A stretch of 64,000 bases of DNA from Thermoproteota archaeon. GTDB taxonomy: Archaea > Korarchaeota > Korarchaeia > Korarchaeales > Korarchaeaceae. Of this stretch, positions 45,827 through 56,097 are shown piece after piece (the first letter of the stretch is position 1; every line of letters starts with the position of its first letter). The notes beneath the pieces were generated by a model. It saw only the letters and a list, made by a program, of their open reading frames with translations, was not told the origin of the DNA and made no database searches. The DNA lies in the NCBI GenBank assembly GCA_027491915.1, contig JAOZGC010000001.1, forward strand, positions 64,001-128,000, written 5' to 3'. The position numbers and the translations under genes were made by a program.

Positions 45827-47905
45827 ATGTTGGGATCCGGGTCTGGCTTCCCCAGGCTGCGCGCCGCGGCCCTGGTCGCCCTGCTCCTGGCCGCGGCGGC
45901 CCCGGCGGCCGCCGGGGATGGGATCAGGTTTACGCTCGTGATAAATCCGGGCAAGATATACCGGGGAACCGAGGTGAAGATATCCGGAATAATACCGAAT
46001 CACAACGCCTACGCCTGCTCGGAGCGGGTGAAGATAGAGGATCCGTCTGGACAGGTCGTCTCATCCGGGGACGCCCAGGACTGGCTGATTAACGACGACA
46101 CCAAGTTCAAGTACTCCTGGACCGTCCCGAGGGACGCGCCGACCGGGACCTACACCGCGAAGGTCGTTGTGGTCTGCCAGGGATACGACCCGAGCTGGGG
46201 TTCCAAGGAGCCGAGTTTCTCGGTCCTCAACCACCCCCCCGTGATAGGATCCGTGTCCGTAGGGCCGAGGAGGGTCAAGAGGACCAAGAAGGTGACCATC
46301 AGGATGAACGCCTCGGACCCCGACGGGACCATAAGCGAGGCTGGCGTCAGGGTGATCTCCCCCTCGGGGAACTCCTTCTCCGTTCGTCTGGAGGGCGGAT
46401 CGGCCTCCTGGTCCCCCCCTCCGGGGTGCGAGCTGGGGGACTACGACGTCGTCGCCTGGGTCGTCGACAACGACGGCGAGGAGGCCAGCAAGACGTACCG
46501 CGGCGCCTTCTCCGTCGAGAACGTCCCCCCGAAGATCGTCAACCTGACGGTCAGCCGTCCAAGATCCGGGAGGAAGGGGTGGGGCGTCCGGGCGTGCTCG
46601 ACCGACCCGGACGACTCCCCGGGCGGGGTCAACCTGTCCCTGAGGGTGACCTCGTCTCCCGGGGGGCTGCTGGCCTCCGGCTCAACCTCCAAGAAGTGCC
46701 TGAGCCTCAGCTTCTCTCCCCCGAGCAACGCGAGGACCGTGAAGATAGAGGCCAGGGCCGTTGACGGAGACGGCGGCGAGGGGAGGGCCTCCAGGACCAT
46801 CAAGCTGGGCGGGGGGAAGTCGCCCCCCGGATCCGGGCCCGGGTCGGGCGACTCCGACGAGCCGTCCGGCGACTTGCCGTCCGGGGAGCACGGGAAGGGG
46901 GTCGCCGGGATCCCGGAGGAACGGGTCGGTCCCGGGGAGGCGGCCGCCCCTCCGGGGGTGGAGCTGGGCTCCCTGACCCCGGCCCCCGGCGGCAAGCTGG
47001 AGGCCAGGTTCCTGGTCTACGGCCCTCCGGGGGTCACCGCCTCGGTGTGGGTCGGAAACAGCGGTGAGATCTCCACACTAGACGGGGAAATACCGGGGGA
47101 GCTGACCCTCGAGATCGACGCCCGAGGAATGGGAGAGGGAGACGAGCTAACGTTCGGCGCGAGGGTGTTCAGCGGGGTGAGCCTCGTCTGGGAGGGCCGC
47201 CTGTCCGCCGAGGTCCCCGGCTGGTCCGACCTGAGGCTGACCGTCGGCGACCCGTCCTGCACCGGCGGCATACCGGCGGAGGTGGCCAACCTGGGGACGG
47301 AGCCCGCCGAGGCCGAGGTGTCCGCCGAGTTCGGTGGGGACGTGTTCTGGGAGACCAACCTGACCCTGGAGCCCTGGGGCAGGTCTGAGCTGGAGGTCCC
47401 GCTGCCGCCCAACCTGTCGGGCGGGGCGATCTCCGTTTACGCGAGGCCCGTGGGCCGGGGTGATCTGAATCCCGGGGACAACAGGGCTTCCGTCGAGATC
47501 TCGTGCGCCGTCCGGTTGGACGTGGACGTGATTTCCCCGGGCGGCGGGATCGTCGAGGCGGACGTGACGGGCGACGTGGTCTCATTCAACTACACCGTCT
47601 ACGTGGACGGGATCCCCGTTGGTGGAGGATCATCCGACCTGACCGACGGGCGGGCGCGCCTCCGCCTGGACTCCGGCGGCTGGAACCTGAGCGCCGGCCC
47701 GCACGAGGTGAGGGTGGTGGTGGAGTCCTCGGGCCTGCGGGCGGAGGACTCGGCCCGCCTGTACGTGCCCTCCGGAGGGGGGGAGACGGGCGTGGGGGCG
47801 GCCTCCTGGTCTGACCTGGCGTCCGCGTTCGCCAGCCCTTACTTCCTGCCCATATACGCCGTCCTCGCTGCCTACCTGGTGAGGAGGAGGCTGGCCCACT
47901 CCTAA
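45827..47905 (+). CDS. Secreted multi-Ig-domain surface protein, C-terminal TM anchor
   Basis: Signal peptide; VPRDAPTGTY; NHPP/NVPP-DPD repeats; CARDB-like NPGDN; TM plus RRR. Confidence 0.75.
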   Translation: MLGSGSGFPRLRAAALVALLLAAAAPAAAGDGIRFTLVINPGKIYRGTEVKISGIIPNHNAYACSERVKIEDPSGQVVSSGDAQDWLINDDTKFKYSWTVPRDAPTGTYTAKVVVVCQGYDPSWGSKEPSFSVLNHPPVIGSVSVGPRRVKRTKKVTIRMNASDPDGTISEAGVRVISPSGNSFSVRLEGGSASWSPPPGCELGDYDVVAWVVDNDGEEASKTYRGAFSVENVPPKIVNLTVSRPRSGRKGWGVRACSTDPDDSPGGVNLSLRVTSSPGGLLASGSTSKKCLSLSFSPPSNARTVKIEARAVDGDGGEGRASRTIKLGGGKSPPGSGPGSGDSDEPSGDLPSGEHGKGVAGIPEERVGPGEAAAPPGVELGSLTPAPGGKLEARFLVYGPPGVTASVWVGNSGEISTLDGEIPGELTLEIDARGMGEGDELTFGARVFSGVSLVWEGRLSAEVPGWSDLRLTVGDPSCTGGIPAEVANLGTEPAEAEVSAEFGGDVFWETNLTLEPWGRSELEVPLPPNLSGGAISVYARPVGRGDLNPGDNRASVEISCAVRLDVDVISPGGGIVEADVTGDVVSFNYTVYVDGIPVGGGSSDLTDGRARLRLDSGGWNLSAGPHEVRVVVESSGLRAEDSARLYVPSGGGETGVGAASWSDLASAFASPYFLPIYAVLAAYLVRRRLAHS

Positions 47906-47938
47906 AATTTTTAATATCGATACCGATATATCCTCGCG

Positions 47939-48607
47939 ATGGGCCTGGCCTACGAGCTCAGGGGGGTGTGGAAGGTCTACGGCTCCGGGGAGGGGGCGGT
48001 GGCGGCCCTAAGGGGTATAGACCTGGACATAGAGGACTCGGAATTCCTGGCGATAATGGGGCCGTCCGGCTCCGGGAAGACCACCCTCCTCGACCTCCTG
48101 GGCCTCCTGGCCAGGCCGACCAGGGGATCCCTCAGGCTCTTCGGGGAGGACGTGACTGAGATCCCAGACTCCAGGTCCACCGAGATCAGGAGGAATACCA
48201 TAGGGTTCGTCTTCCAGACCTTCAACCTAGTCCCCTGGCTGTCGGCCCTGGACAACGTGGAGCTCGCCCTGGCCATAGGCGGCTACCGGGGGGACAGGAG
48301 GGAGAGGGCCAGGCGGCTCCTGGAGTCCGTCGGCCTCGGCGGGAGGCTGAACCACAGACCCTCCCAGATGTCCGGCGGGGAGCAGCAGAGGGTGGCCATA
48401 GCCAGGGCCCTGGCCAACGACCCCAGGATAATACTGGCGGACGAGCCCACGGGTAACCTGGACAGCGAGTCCGGGAGGAAGATAGTGGGCCTCCTCCGGG
48501 ACCTGTCCAGGTCCGGCAGGTGCGTCGTCATGGTCACCCACGACGAGGAGATGGCCGCGCTGGCGGACCGCATCGTGCGCCTGAGGGACGGGGTCATAGT
48601 GGGCTAG
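47939..48607 (+). CDS. LolD/MacB-type ABC ATPase
   Basis: GPSGSGKT, GFVFQTFNL, MSGGEQQR, ADEPTGNLD, VTHD. Confidence 0.95.
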   Translation: MGLAYELRGVWKVYGSGEGAVAALRGIDLDIEDSEFLAIMGPSGSGKTTLLDLLGLLARPTRGSLRLFGEDVTEIPDSRSTEIRRNTIGFVFQTFNLVPWLSALDNVELALAIGGYRGDRRERARRLLESVGLGGRLNHRPSQMSGGEQQRVAIARALANDPRIILADEPTGNLDSESGRKIVGLLRDLSRSGRCVVMVTHDEEMAALADRIVRLRDGVIVG

Positions 48608-48639
48608 GCATCGGGAGATTCGGTTTGGAGGTGGTGGTG

Positions 48640-50208
48640 TTGGAGAGGTCTATTTCCGTCGTCGCCTCGCTGGCGCTGGCCTTGATCCTCGCCTCGGCGG
48701 TTCAGGTTAGCTCCAGGCCTGATGAGACCGACGTTGAGGTGGTTCGGGCCTTCTGGGCCACCCCGGGCGGCGGGAACCCGTACCCCGGGGTCGGCCCGGT
48801 CAGGCTCGTGGTCTACCTGAAGAACGTCGGGTCCGGCTCCATCAGACCCGACTTCATAATACTGCACATCCCCCGACCCCTGAGAACCGGGGAGGGGGAC
48901 AACCAATCCTGGATCAGCCCGGCAGGTCCCATATCTCCGGGCCAGACCGTGAGGCTGGACTTCGACCTCTACGTGCCGGCGTCAGCCAGGCCGGGGAGAT
49001 ACAACTTCACCTTGGAGCTGAACTACACCGAGGTCCGGGTCGAGAGGTTCAGGGTGGTCAGGGAGACCAGGGAGGAGGAGGTCAGCTTCTTGCTCGCGCT
49101 CAGGCAGGGTCCCGAGGTGAGGATGGTGATCTCGCCGCCGGAATCAGCTGAGGAGGGAGAGATATTCAAGGTCTGGCTGGTGCTCGACAACGTGGGATCC
49201 GAGCAGATATCCCTCCAGTCCCTGAGGGTGACCTCGCCCAACGCTGAGGTGCTCACCCAGGACCTGGGTTCCCCGGGCCAGCTGGCCCCCGGGGAGTCCC
49301 TGACGAGGGAGGTTTACGTCAGGGCCCCGCGGGATTCTCCCGACGAATGCGTTATACTGATAGCCTCCGCGACCTACGCCGTGGGAGGAGAGGCGAGGAC
49401 CGACGAGGCGACGGTCTCCATCCCCCTGTCCCCCCACAAGTTCCGCTTCTCCGTCGACGTCGATAGGAGCTCTCTGACCCCCGGAGAAGAGAACGAGGTC
49501 ACCATTTTCATCAGGAACGTAGGGTCCGCCGCCGCCGAGGACGTGGAGGTGAGCGTCGGGGCATCGGAGGGACTCACGGTGGTGGGCCCGTCCGAGTTCT
49601 GGCTTGGGGACATCCCCCCCGGGGGAGAGGCCGCCATCGAGGTGGATCTCCTCCCGATCGGATCGCTCCAGGCCTACACGATCGCCCTGACCATCTCCCC
49701 TTCAGACGGCGAGCCGGACGCGGTGACCGTCGGGTTCTCGTCCAGCGAGATGGGTAACGTCTCCATCGCGTCGCTGAAGGCCGAGTACGACGGGGAGAAG
49801 CTGAAGGTCAGGGGGGTACTGGCCAACTTGGGGTCTGGGACGGCCAGGTACGTCAACGTCAGCCTGACCTCGGGCCCGTGCAGGGGTGAGTCCAACTACA
49901 TAGGCGACCTGGATTCCGGCGAGACCTCCGGGTTCTACCTCTCCTGCGAGGCGAGTCTCGCGGGCGAGGAGGAGGTGACCGTCTCCGCCTACTACCAGGC
50001 CTCCCCCGGAGTCTGGAGGACGGCCACGAAGTCCACCACGGTGCTCGCTCCCGGATCGACCGGCGGACAGGGGGCCGCCGGGGCCGGGGGAGGGGGCAAC
50101 GTGAGCGGGGGCGGCGCCGGGGGAGGCATCTTGACCTACCTCGCGGCCGCGGCGGGCATAATATCAGGATTCTTCGCCGGCAAGATCTACGTCGAGAGGA
50201 GGAGGTAG
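48640..50208 (+). CDS. S-layer-domain (COG1361-like) multi-Ig protein with C-terminal TM
   Basis: Repeated xNVGS...A/ LxPGE motifs; signal peptide; TM plus RRR; lies between the ABC ATPase and permease. Confidence 0.75.
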   Translation: MERSISVVASLALALILASAVQVSSRPDETDVEVVRAFWATPGGGNPYPGVGPVRLVVYLKNVGSGSIRPDFIILHIPRPLRTGEGDNQSWISPAGPISPGQTVRLDFDLYVPASARPGRYNFTLELNYTEVRVERFRVVRETREEEVSFLLALRQGPEVRMVISPPESAEEGEIFKVWLVLDNVGSEQISLQSLRVTSPNAEVLTQDLGSPGQLAPGESLTREVYVRAPRDSPDECVILIASATYAVGGEARTDEATVSIPLSPHKFRFSVDVDRSSLTPGEENEVTIFIRNVGSAAAEDVEVSVGASEGLTVVGPSEFWLGDIPPGGEAAIEVDLLPIGSLQAYTIALTISPSDGEPDAVTVGFSSSEMGNVSIASLKAEYDGEKLKVRGVLANLGSGTARYVNVSLTSGPCRGESNYIGDLDSGETSGFYLSCEASLAGEEEVTVSAYYQASPGVWRTATKSTTVLAPGSTGGQGAAGAGGGGNVSGGGAGGGILTYLAAAAGIISGFFAGKIYVERRR

Positions 50209-50257
50209 GACAGCCGAGACGGGCGATCGGACGGGGTGGAGTCGAAAGGGTGAGGCC

Positions 50258-51463
50258 TTGTCGCTCGGCGACATAGTCAGGTACTCGCTGAAGGCCTTCC
50301 TCAGCAGGAAGAGGAGGACCGTCCTTACCCTGACCGGGGTCCTGGTCGGGGTCCTGACGCTCACGGCCGTGGTCTCCGTGGCCGAGGGATACGGCTCCGG
50401 GGTCAAGAGCGTGATAAAGACTTCCAGCACCAGGCTGATCCTCGTGCTGTCCAGGTCCGAGCCCTTCGACGACATGGACGTGGAGTCCCTCTCCTCCGTC
50501 CCCGGGGTAGAGAGGGTCATGCCGCTCGTGAGGATCCCGGTCGAGGTCAGGGCCTTCGGCGGGACCTACACCATACTGGCCACGGGGATGGATCTCGACT
50601 ACCTGGAGGACGTGTTCCCCGGCATAAAGTTGGAGGACGGAGACTATCCGGCGACCAGGGCCAGCAGGGAGGCCGTGGTCGGCTGCCTGGCCCTGGGGAA
50701 CTACACCGGCGATATGGTGGGGGGGTCCGTCAGGCTCTCCCTGGGGCCGGTCTCGGAGAGGGTGAGGGTATCCGGCGTTGTGGCCCCATACGGGACCTCC
50801 TTCCTGGGAGACGTCGACAAGGGGATGATCCTCCCCATAGACTACGCCCTCTCCCTCTACCAGAGGGCGACCGGGTCGAGGGAGTACGGGGGGCTCGTCG
50901 TCATAGCCGAGGGCGCGGATCAGGTCGACGGGATAATCTGGGAGATAAGGTCCCTCTACGGGGAATCCGCCACGTACTTCGCCATGAGGGACATCCAGGG
51001 CGCGCTGGACACCGCCGTCAGGATGGCCGTCCTCGTGATGGGCGCCATAGCCTCCATGACCCTGGTCGTGGCCTCCATAGGCATCATGAACGCCATGTAC
51101 ACGGCGGTCACCGAGAGAACCAGGATAATAGGGGTCATGAGGGCCATGGGGGCCACCAAGAGGGACGTGGCCCTCATGTTCGTCTTCGAGGGAGCCCTCA
51201 TGGGGGCCATTGGGGTCTTCCTCGGCATGACCCTGGGATACGCCGCGGCGCACGTGCTGGCGGCGCTGTTCTTCGGTGGATCCTCCGTCCCATCCGGCCA
51301 CGGCCCCATGGCCGGCCAGACCCTATCCGTCACGCCGATCCTGCCGCCGGTCGACGCCGCCGCGATAGTGGCCGTCACCCTAGGAATAGCCACCCTGGGG
51401 TCGGTGCCCCCCTCGATGCAGGCGGCCAGCCTGGAGCCCGTGGAGGCCCTCAGATACGAGTGA
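50258..51463 (+). CDS. MacB/FtsX-type ABC permease
   Basis: RTVLTLTGV, GIMNAMYTAVTERTRIIGVMRAMGA, PVEALRYE. Confidence 0.93.
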   Translation: MSLGDIVRYSLKAFLSRKRRTVLTLTGVLVGVLTLTAVVSVAEGYGSGVKSVIKTSSTRLILVLSRSEPFDDMDVESLSSVPGVERVMPLVRIPVEVRAFGGTYTILATGMDLDYLEDVFPGIKLEDGDYPATRASREAVVGCLALGNYTGDMVGGSVRLSLGPVSERVRVSGVVAPYGTSFLGDVDKGMILPIDYALSLYQRATGSREYGGLVVIAEGADQVDGIIWEIRSLYGESATYFAMRDIQGALDTAVRMAVLVMGAIASMTLVVASIGIMNAMYTAVTERTRIIGVMRAMGATKRDVALMFVFEGALMGAIGVFLGMTLGYAAAHVLAALFFGGSSVPSGHGPMAGQTLSVTPILPPVDAAAIVAVTLGIATLGSVPPSMQAASLEPVEALRYE

Positions 51464-51537
51464 CTCCCAGGGTTTGGTGGGACCGATTCGGCCGCCGGTG
51501 ATCGGGCGGCGGGGGATCAATCGTTGGAGTGCGGAGG

Positions 51538-51636
<99 letters not shown>

Positions 51637-51671
51637 CTTCCCCCCTCTCCCTGACAATCGCGTCCCCCTCT

Positions 51672-53411
51672 TTATGTTTGCGCGAGCGCCGCGGCCGCGA
51701 GCGTCAGGGTCGGCAGGATCGATCCGAGGGCCACCAGCGGAATTCCGTACCCGGACACCTCGGCCGCGTAGGAGAGGCCGTTCATGGCGTCAGATCCGGC
51801 GAGACACACGTCCACATCCACCAGGGAGCATCTGACCTCGGACGGCCTGGCCCGGCGGACCGCCTCCCTCACGGCCGCCGCGGCGGCGGCCGCTATCTCT
51901 CTCCAGAGTCCCTCCCCCTCAGAGCCGACCTGGTTCACGGGCCTGCCGGGGCTCAGGGTGGCGTGGGTGTCCGTGGTGCATATCACCGGCAGCGCCCCCC
52001 CGCCAGCGCGGGTCACCTCCCCGCGGACGATCTCCCCGAGCCCGGGAACCATATTGTTACCGTCGAAGCACACGTACGCCGTCCCCTCGCCCATCACCTC
52101 AATGTAGAACGCTCTGATCCCGCCGGCGCCCACGCTCGGGACCACTATCTCGGCCTTCCCGAATCCAACCTTCGGGCGGTCCGTCCTCTCCGACCGGGCC
52201 GCCTCGACGACGGCCCTCTCCAGGAGGTTCACCAGGAGATCCTCTTCCTTGGAGAAGGCGGAGATCATCAGAGCGTCCTCCGGGTCTGAGAGGCTGTCAT
52301 GCCTGTCGATCACCAGCGGGACGACGTCCAATCCCCTGGCCTCGATCCTCCTCCTCAATCTCTCTTCGACCGACTTTGGAACGTCCTCCAGGGACGCCGG
52401 GTGGCCGGAAACCGTCGCCAGCACCCACCGGGAGAAGGCCTGGGCGGTCACCGTGAAGGGCCCCTCCCTCATGACCACGGTCTTTCCGACGGAGACCCGG
52501 GATCCCCGGGCCGAGCGGGCCGCCTCCGCTACCCTCAGGACGTCCCTCCTCGTGCAGAGGTTCCTGGAGTGGGTCCCGACCCTCCTCAGGTAGATGCCAG
52601 CCAGGCCCGCCCCCTCCACCTCCCGCACGACTATGGCCGGCCCATCAGAGCTCCCGACCCCGTCGAGCGGCCCCGGATGGAAGTCGGGCGCGACCAGGAT
52701 CCCCTGATCTGAGCTAGCCACGAAGACGGAGCACCTGCCCCTAACCCCGGACCTCTCCAGGCACCTCTCGAGCCCGGTCGGGTCCCCGACCAGCAGCACT
52801 CCCGTCAGCGCCCTCAGGCTCTCGACCCCGCCGCACCCCAGGAGCCCCCCGGATACCTCCCCCACCACCATCCAGGTAAGGGCGCCCGCGATCGCCGCGG
52901 CCGCGTAGGAAGAGGCGGCGACCAGCCCCCAGCGGATCGAGGCCGCCGAGGGGACCGCCGGTACCAGGGCCGCCAGGGAGCAGGCGGCCGAGCGGGCCCT
53001 CCCGGCCCCCATGGCTGGCGCGGCCAGGATCCTCAGGTATATGGAGGGGTAGACCGAGATCGCGGCGGCGGCCTCCAGCCCAACCCCAGCCCAGCTGAGG
53101 ATGGAGAAGACGGCGGCCGAGGGGAGGGCCGTCAGGGCGCCCAGCCAGATGGAGCGCCTCGCGTCGAGCGGGCCGCTCCCCCTCCAGACCGAAGTGGAAC
53201 CGACAAAGATGTTCAATGCAAAAAGCATGACCTCGAGCGTCGGTTCCCTAAATCCTCCCCTGAGGTACCCCCCCAAACCAGAGATTATGGAGACGAGGAA
53301 TCCGGCCGCCAGGGCCCGGATCACGCTTCCCAACCTGAATATCTTCTCCGCTGAACGGATAACCCCACCGCTGCTCCTATTGAACTCCAACTCGCTATCC
53401 CCCACCATCAA
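51672..53411 (-). CDS. DUF2070-like membrane protein
   Basis: Multi-TM N-half; HPGP...GS, IDRHDS, FDGNNM, TTDTH motifs. Confidence 0.75.
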   Translation of the reverse strand: MMVGDSELEFNRSSGGVIRSAEKIFRLGSVIRALAAGFLVSIISGLGGYLRGGFREPTLEVMLFALNIFVGSTSVWRGSGPLDARRSIWLGALTALPSAAVFSILSWAGVGLEAAAAISVYPSIYLRILAAPAMGAGRARSAACSLAALVPAVPSAASIRWGLVAASSYAAAAIAGALTWMVVGEVSGGLLGCGGVESLRALTGVLLVGDPTGLERCLERSGVRGRCSVFVASSDQGILVAPDFHPGPLDGVGSSDGPAIVVREVEGAGLAGIYLRRVGTHSRNLCTRRDVLRVAEAARSARGSRVSVGKTVVMREGPFTVTAQAFSRWVLATVSGHPASLEDVPKSVEERLRRRIEARGLDVVPLVIDRHDSLSDPEDALMISAFSKEEDLLVNLLERAVVEAARSERTDRPKVGFGKAEIVVPSVGAGGIRAFYIEVMGEGTAYVCFDGNNMVPGLGEIVRGEVTRAGGGALPVICTTDTHATLSPGRPVNQVGSEGEGLWREIAAAAAAAVREAVRRARPSEVRCSLVDVDVCLAGSDAMNGLSYAAEVSGYGIPLVALGSILPTLTLAAAALAQT

Positions 53412-53500
53412 GAAACATTTTTATTCTACTTCCTGAGCGTGTTTATGCTGCCCAACGTATGTAGGGTGTGAGATGGATAGCGTGAGGGGTGATGTGAAGT

Positions 53501-53989
53501 ATGCCCAGACAGAAGGGTCTGACCGTGAAGGAGTTAAATATCCTCAGGAAGCTGGTCGACAACGGCCGCATCACCTACACCCAGATAGCCCGGGAGCTGG
53601 GCATGAGCCCCGCCGGCGTCATGAAAAAGGTTAAGCGGCTGGAGGAGCTCGGCCTCATCAAGGGGTACACGGCCATTGTCGACCACGGGATGCTCGGCAA
53701 GGGGTACAAGTACATAATCCTGGTCAAGACAGAGCCCGGCAAGCACACCGAGGTGGCCAAGAAGATAGCCGAGGTGGCCGCCGACAACGTTCTCGAGGTC
53801 CACGAGATAACCGGCCCCTTCGACATAGTGGTCAAGGCCCTGGCCGGGGATCAGGCGGAGCTCAACGACCTGCTCAAGAAGATAATGTCCATACCGGGAA
53901 TAAGGGAGACCAACACCTCCCTGGTGCTGGACACCGTCAAGGAGAGACCCTCCATAGTCCCGGAGAAGGTCCCCGGGGTAACGAAGTGA
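53501..53989 (+). CDS. Lrp/AsnC-family transcriptional regulator
   Basis: NGRITYTQIARELG...LEELGLIKGY; EITGPFDI RAM domain. Confidence 0.93.
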   Translation: MPRQKGLTVKELNILRKLVDNGRITYTQIARELGMSPAGVMKKVKRLEELGLIKGYTAIVDHGMLGKGYKYIILVKTEPGKHTEVAKKIAEVAADNVLEVHEITGPFDIVVKALAGDQAELNDLLKKIMSIPGIRETNTSLVLDTVKERPSIVPEKVPGVTK

Positions 53990-54005
53990 GTCCCGGAACC
54001 TCCCG

Positions 54006-55001
54006 CTAGATCGGAGAGAACCACCTGCTGGGGAGTGGCCTCGAGCCTATCCCCAGCACCTTCTCTATGCTCTCCGCCAGCTCCCTGGTCCTGCCGGCCA
54101 CTGTGAGGGCCACCTCCGGGTCGGCCCTCTCGACCACCTCCAAGAGGCCCCAGTAGTCCGCGTGGGAGCTCAGGGGGAATGCCGCGGCCGACCTGGGCCG
54201 CCGGACCACGACCCACCCGGTCGCCACGGCCCTCTCCACCCGACTCCCGGGCCTCCACCCCGGGAACCTGTTCGACACCACCACGTGTCGTCCGCCACCC
54301 GGTCCCTCCGTGTAGTCCAGGTCGACGAAGCCGTCCAGGGCCCGGGTCACGGCCAGGGCCTCCCCGGACACCACCACCTCCATGTTGGAGAGCGAATTGA
54401 AGGTCTTTATCAGCTCCTGGGCCTTCCCCAGCGAGTACCCCCTTATGACCGGGACGGCGCCGGATCTCGCCACCGAGGCCGCCCACTCCACCACCTCCAG
54501 CCTTACCTCGTCCTGGTCGGGCAGGGCCAGGGAGGGGGATCCGTACGTCGACTCCACTATCACCACGTCCGACCTGGGGATGGAGTCCGGCGGCTCGACC
54601 GAGAGGCCCCCCCTCGGGTTCACGTCCCCGGTGTAGAGGATCCTCGCCTCTCCCTCTATCAGGAACATCGCCGACCCCGGAACGTGGCCGGCCGGCAGCG
54701 GGGTGACCCTCAGGTCCCCGAACCTCAGGGTCTCCCCGAAGCCCACCTCCGAGGGGACGCCCGGGGGCGTCCTGTACCTCACCCTCATTACGGCCGCGGT
54801 GGCCGGCGTCGCGTACACCGGCCCGATCGGCCTTCCCACGTCCCGCGGAACGTGGTCCGAGTGGGCGTGGGTTACGAGGGAGGGGACCCCCGCCTCGGTC
54901 CTCGCCGGGTCCAGCAGGATCCTGTCCTCCCCCTGAACCACCTCTATCCCGTTGCCGAGCCTTACCCTCAGGTCCGCCCCCCCGGCCCCCTCCAGAATCA
55001 T
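54006..55001 (-). CDS. MBL-fold beta-CASP (Cft2-like) nuclease
   Basis: THAHSDH, AGHVPGS, YTGD, ESTYG, GKAQE, SSHAD. Confidence 0.88.
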   Translation of the reverse strand: MILEGAGGADLRVRLGNGIEVVQGEDRILLDPARTEAGVPSLVTHAHSDHVPRDVGRPIGPVYATPATAAVMRVRYRTPPGVPSEVGFGETLRFGDLRVTPLPAGHVPGSAMFLIEGEARILYTGDVNPRGGLSVEPPDSIPRSDVVIVESTYGSPSLALPDQDEVRLEVVEWAASVARSGAVPVIRGYSLGKAQELIKTFNSLSNMEVVVSGEALAVTRALDGFVDLDYTEGPGGGRHVVVSNRFPGWRPGSRVERAVATGWVVVRRPRSAAAFPLSSHADYWGLLEVVERADPEVALTVAGRTRELAESIEKVLGIGSRPLPSRWFSPI

Positions 55002-55041
55002 TAATTAAGTGATTCTCGCGCTGCCCCCGGGTGACCCGATC

Positions 55042-55206
55042 ATGCCCAGGAGGAAGAAGGGGCAGAACTACATGCCCATGTCGACGGCCGGGCTCCTCTC
55101 CTTCTCTCAGGAGTACAGCGGCGGTCTCAGGGTCCCTAAGTGGTTTCCGGTCGTCTTCAGCGCCGCGTGCGTCGCGGCCATAATCGCGCTGAACATCCTG
55201 TGGTGA
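55042..55206 (+). CDS. Preprotein translocase subunit Sec61-beta
   Basis: Basic N-terminus, STAGLLSF, single C-terminal TM, 54 aa. Confidence 0.85.
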   Translation: MPRRKKGQNYMPMSTAGLLSFSQEYSGGLRVPKWFPVVFSAACVAAIIALNILW

Positions 55207-55213
55207 TAGGGGA

Positions 55214-55540
55214 TTGGACCTGTCGGAAGCTCAGCGGCTCATGCGCGAGATCTACGGGAGGAGGGACCGCGAGAGGGGGGCCGCCCTCACCGCCCTCCAC
55301 CTGGTCGAGGAGGTCGGCGAGCTCTTCGAGGCGGTCAGGACCGGCGGCGCGGTCGAGGTGGAGGAGGAGCTGGCCGACGTCTTGGCCTGGCTCCTCAGCC
55401 TGTCGGACCTCCTGGGGGTAGACATGGATTCGGCCTTCGAGGACAGGTACGGATCGGGGTGCCCCAAGTGCGGGCGCTCCCCCTGCGCCTGCCCCCCTCT
55501 CCCGACCGGGAGGTGGTCTCCCTGGACGTCGGTTTCCTGA
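55214..55540 (+). CDS. MazG-like nucleotide pyrophosphohydrolase
   Basis: LVEEVGEL, EELADVLAW, C-terminal CPKC...CAC. Confidence 0.9.
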   Translation: MDLSEAQRLMREIYGRRDRERGAALTALHLVEEVGELFEAVRTGGAVEVEEELADVLAWLLSLSDLLGVDMDSAFEDRYGSGCPKCGRSPCACPPLPTGRWSPWTSVS

Positions 55541-56097
55541 CGGTCCGCCCCGAGGACCTGGTCCCCCTCTCCATGGAGCTGGCCTCCAAGGTGAGGGACT
55601 CGGGCTTCAGGCCAGACGCTATGGTGGCCATACACAGGGGGGGAATGATAGTGGCGAGGTTCCTGAGCGACTACCTGGACGTCAGGGACATAAGGGCCAT
55701 CAGGGTGGAGCACTACTCCGGGGTAGGTAGGAGGGGGGGAGTCAGGATAGCGGAGCCCCTGCCGACCAGCCTAGGCGGGAAGTCCGTCCTCCTGGTGGAC
55801 GACGTGGCCGACACGGGCGACTCCCTGGAAGTGGCCAGGGAGCACATAATCTCCAGGGGGGCCAGGGAGGTCAGGATAGCCACCATGCACTACAAGCCGT
55901 GGTCCAGGGTGGTGCCCGACTACTACGTGGTCGAGACCACCGACTGGGTCGTCTACTGCTGGGAGTACGCTGAGACCGCCAGGTCCCTCATGGAGATACT
56001 CACGGCGGAGGGCAAGAGCAGGGAGGAGGCCATAGGGATCATAACAAACGACGCCGGAGTCCCGGAAGAGGTCCTGAGGTGGGTGGGGATCCTTTGA
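55513..56097 (+). CDS. Purine phosphoribosyltransferase (type I PRTase)
   Basis: AIHRGG, LLVDDVADTGDS, PDYY. Confidence 0.9.
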   Translation: MVSLDVGFLTVRPEDLVPLSMELASKVRDSGFRPDAMVAIHRGGMIVARFLSDYLDVRDIRAIRVEHYSGVGRRGGVRIAEPLPTSLGGKSVLLVDDVADTGDSLEVAREHIISRGAREVRIATMHYKPWSRVVPDYYVVETTDWVVYCWEYAETARSLMEILTAEGKSREEAIGIITNDAGVPEEVLRWVGIL

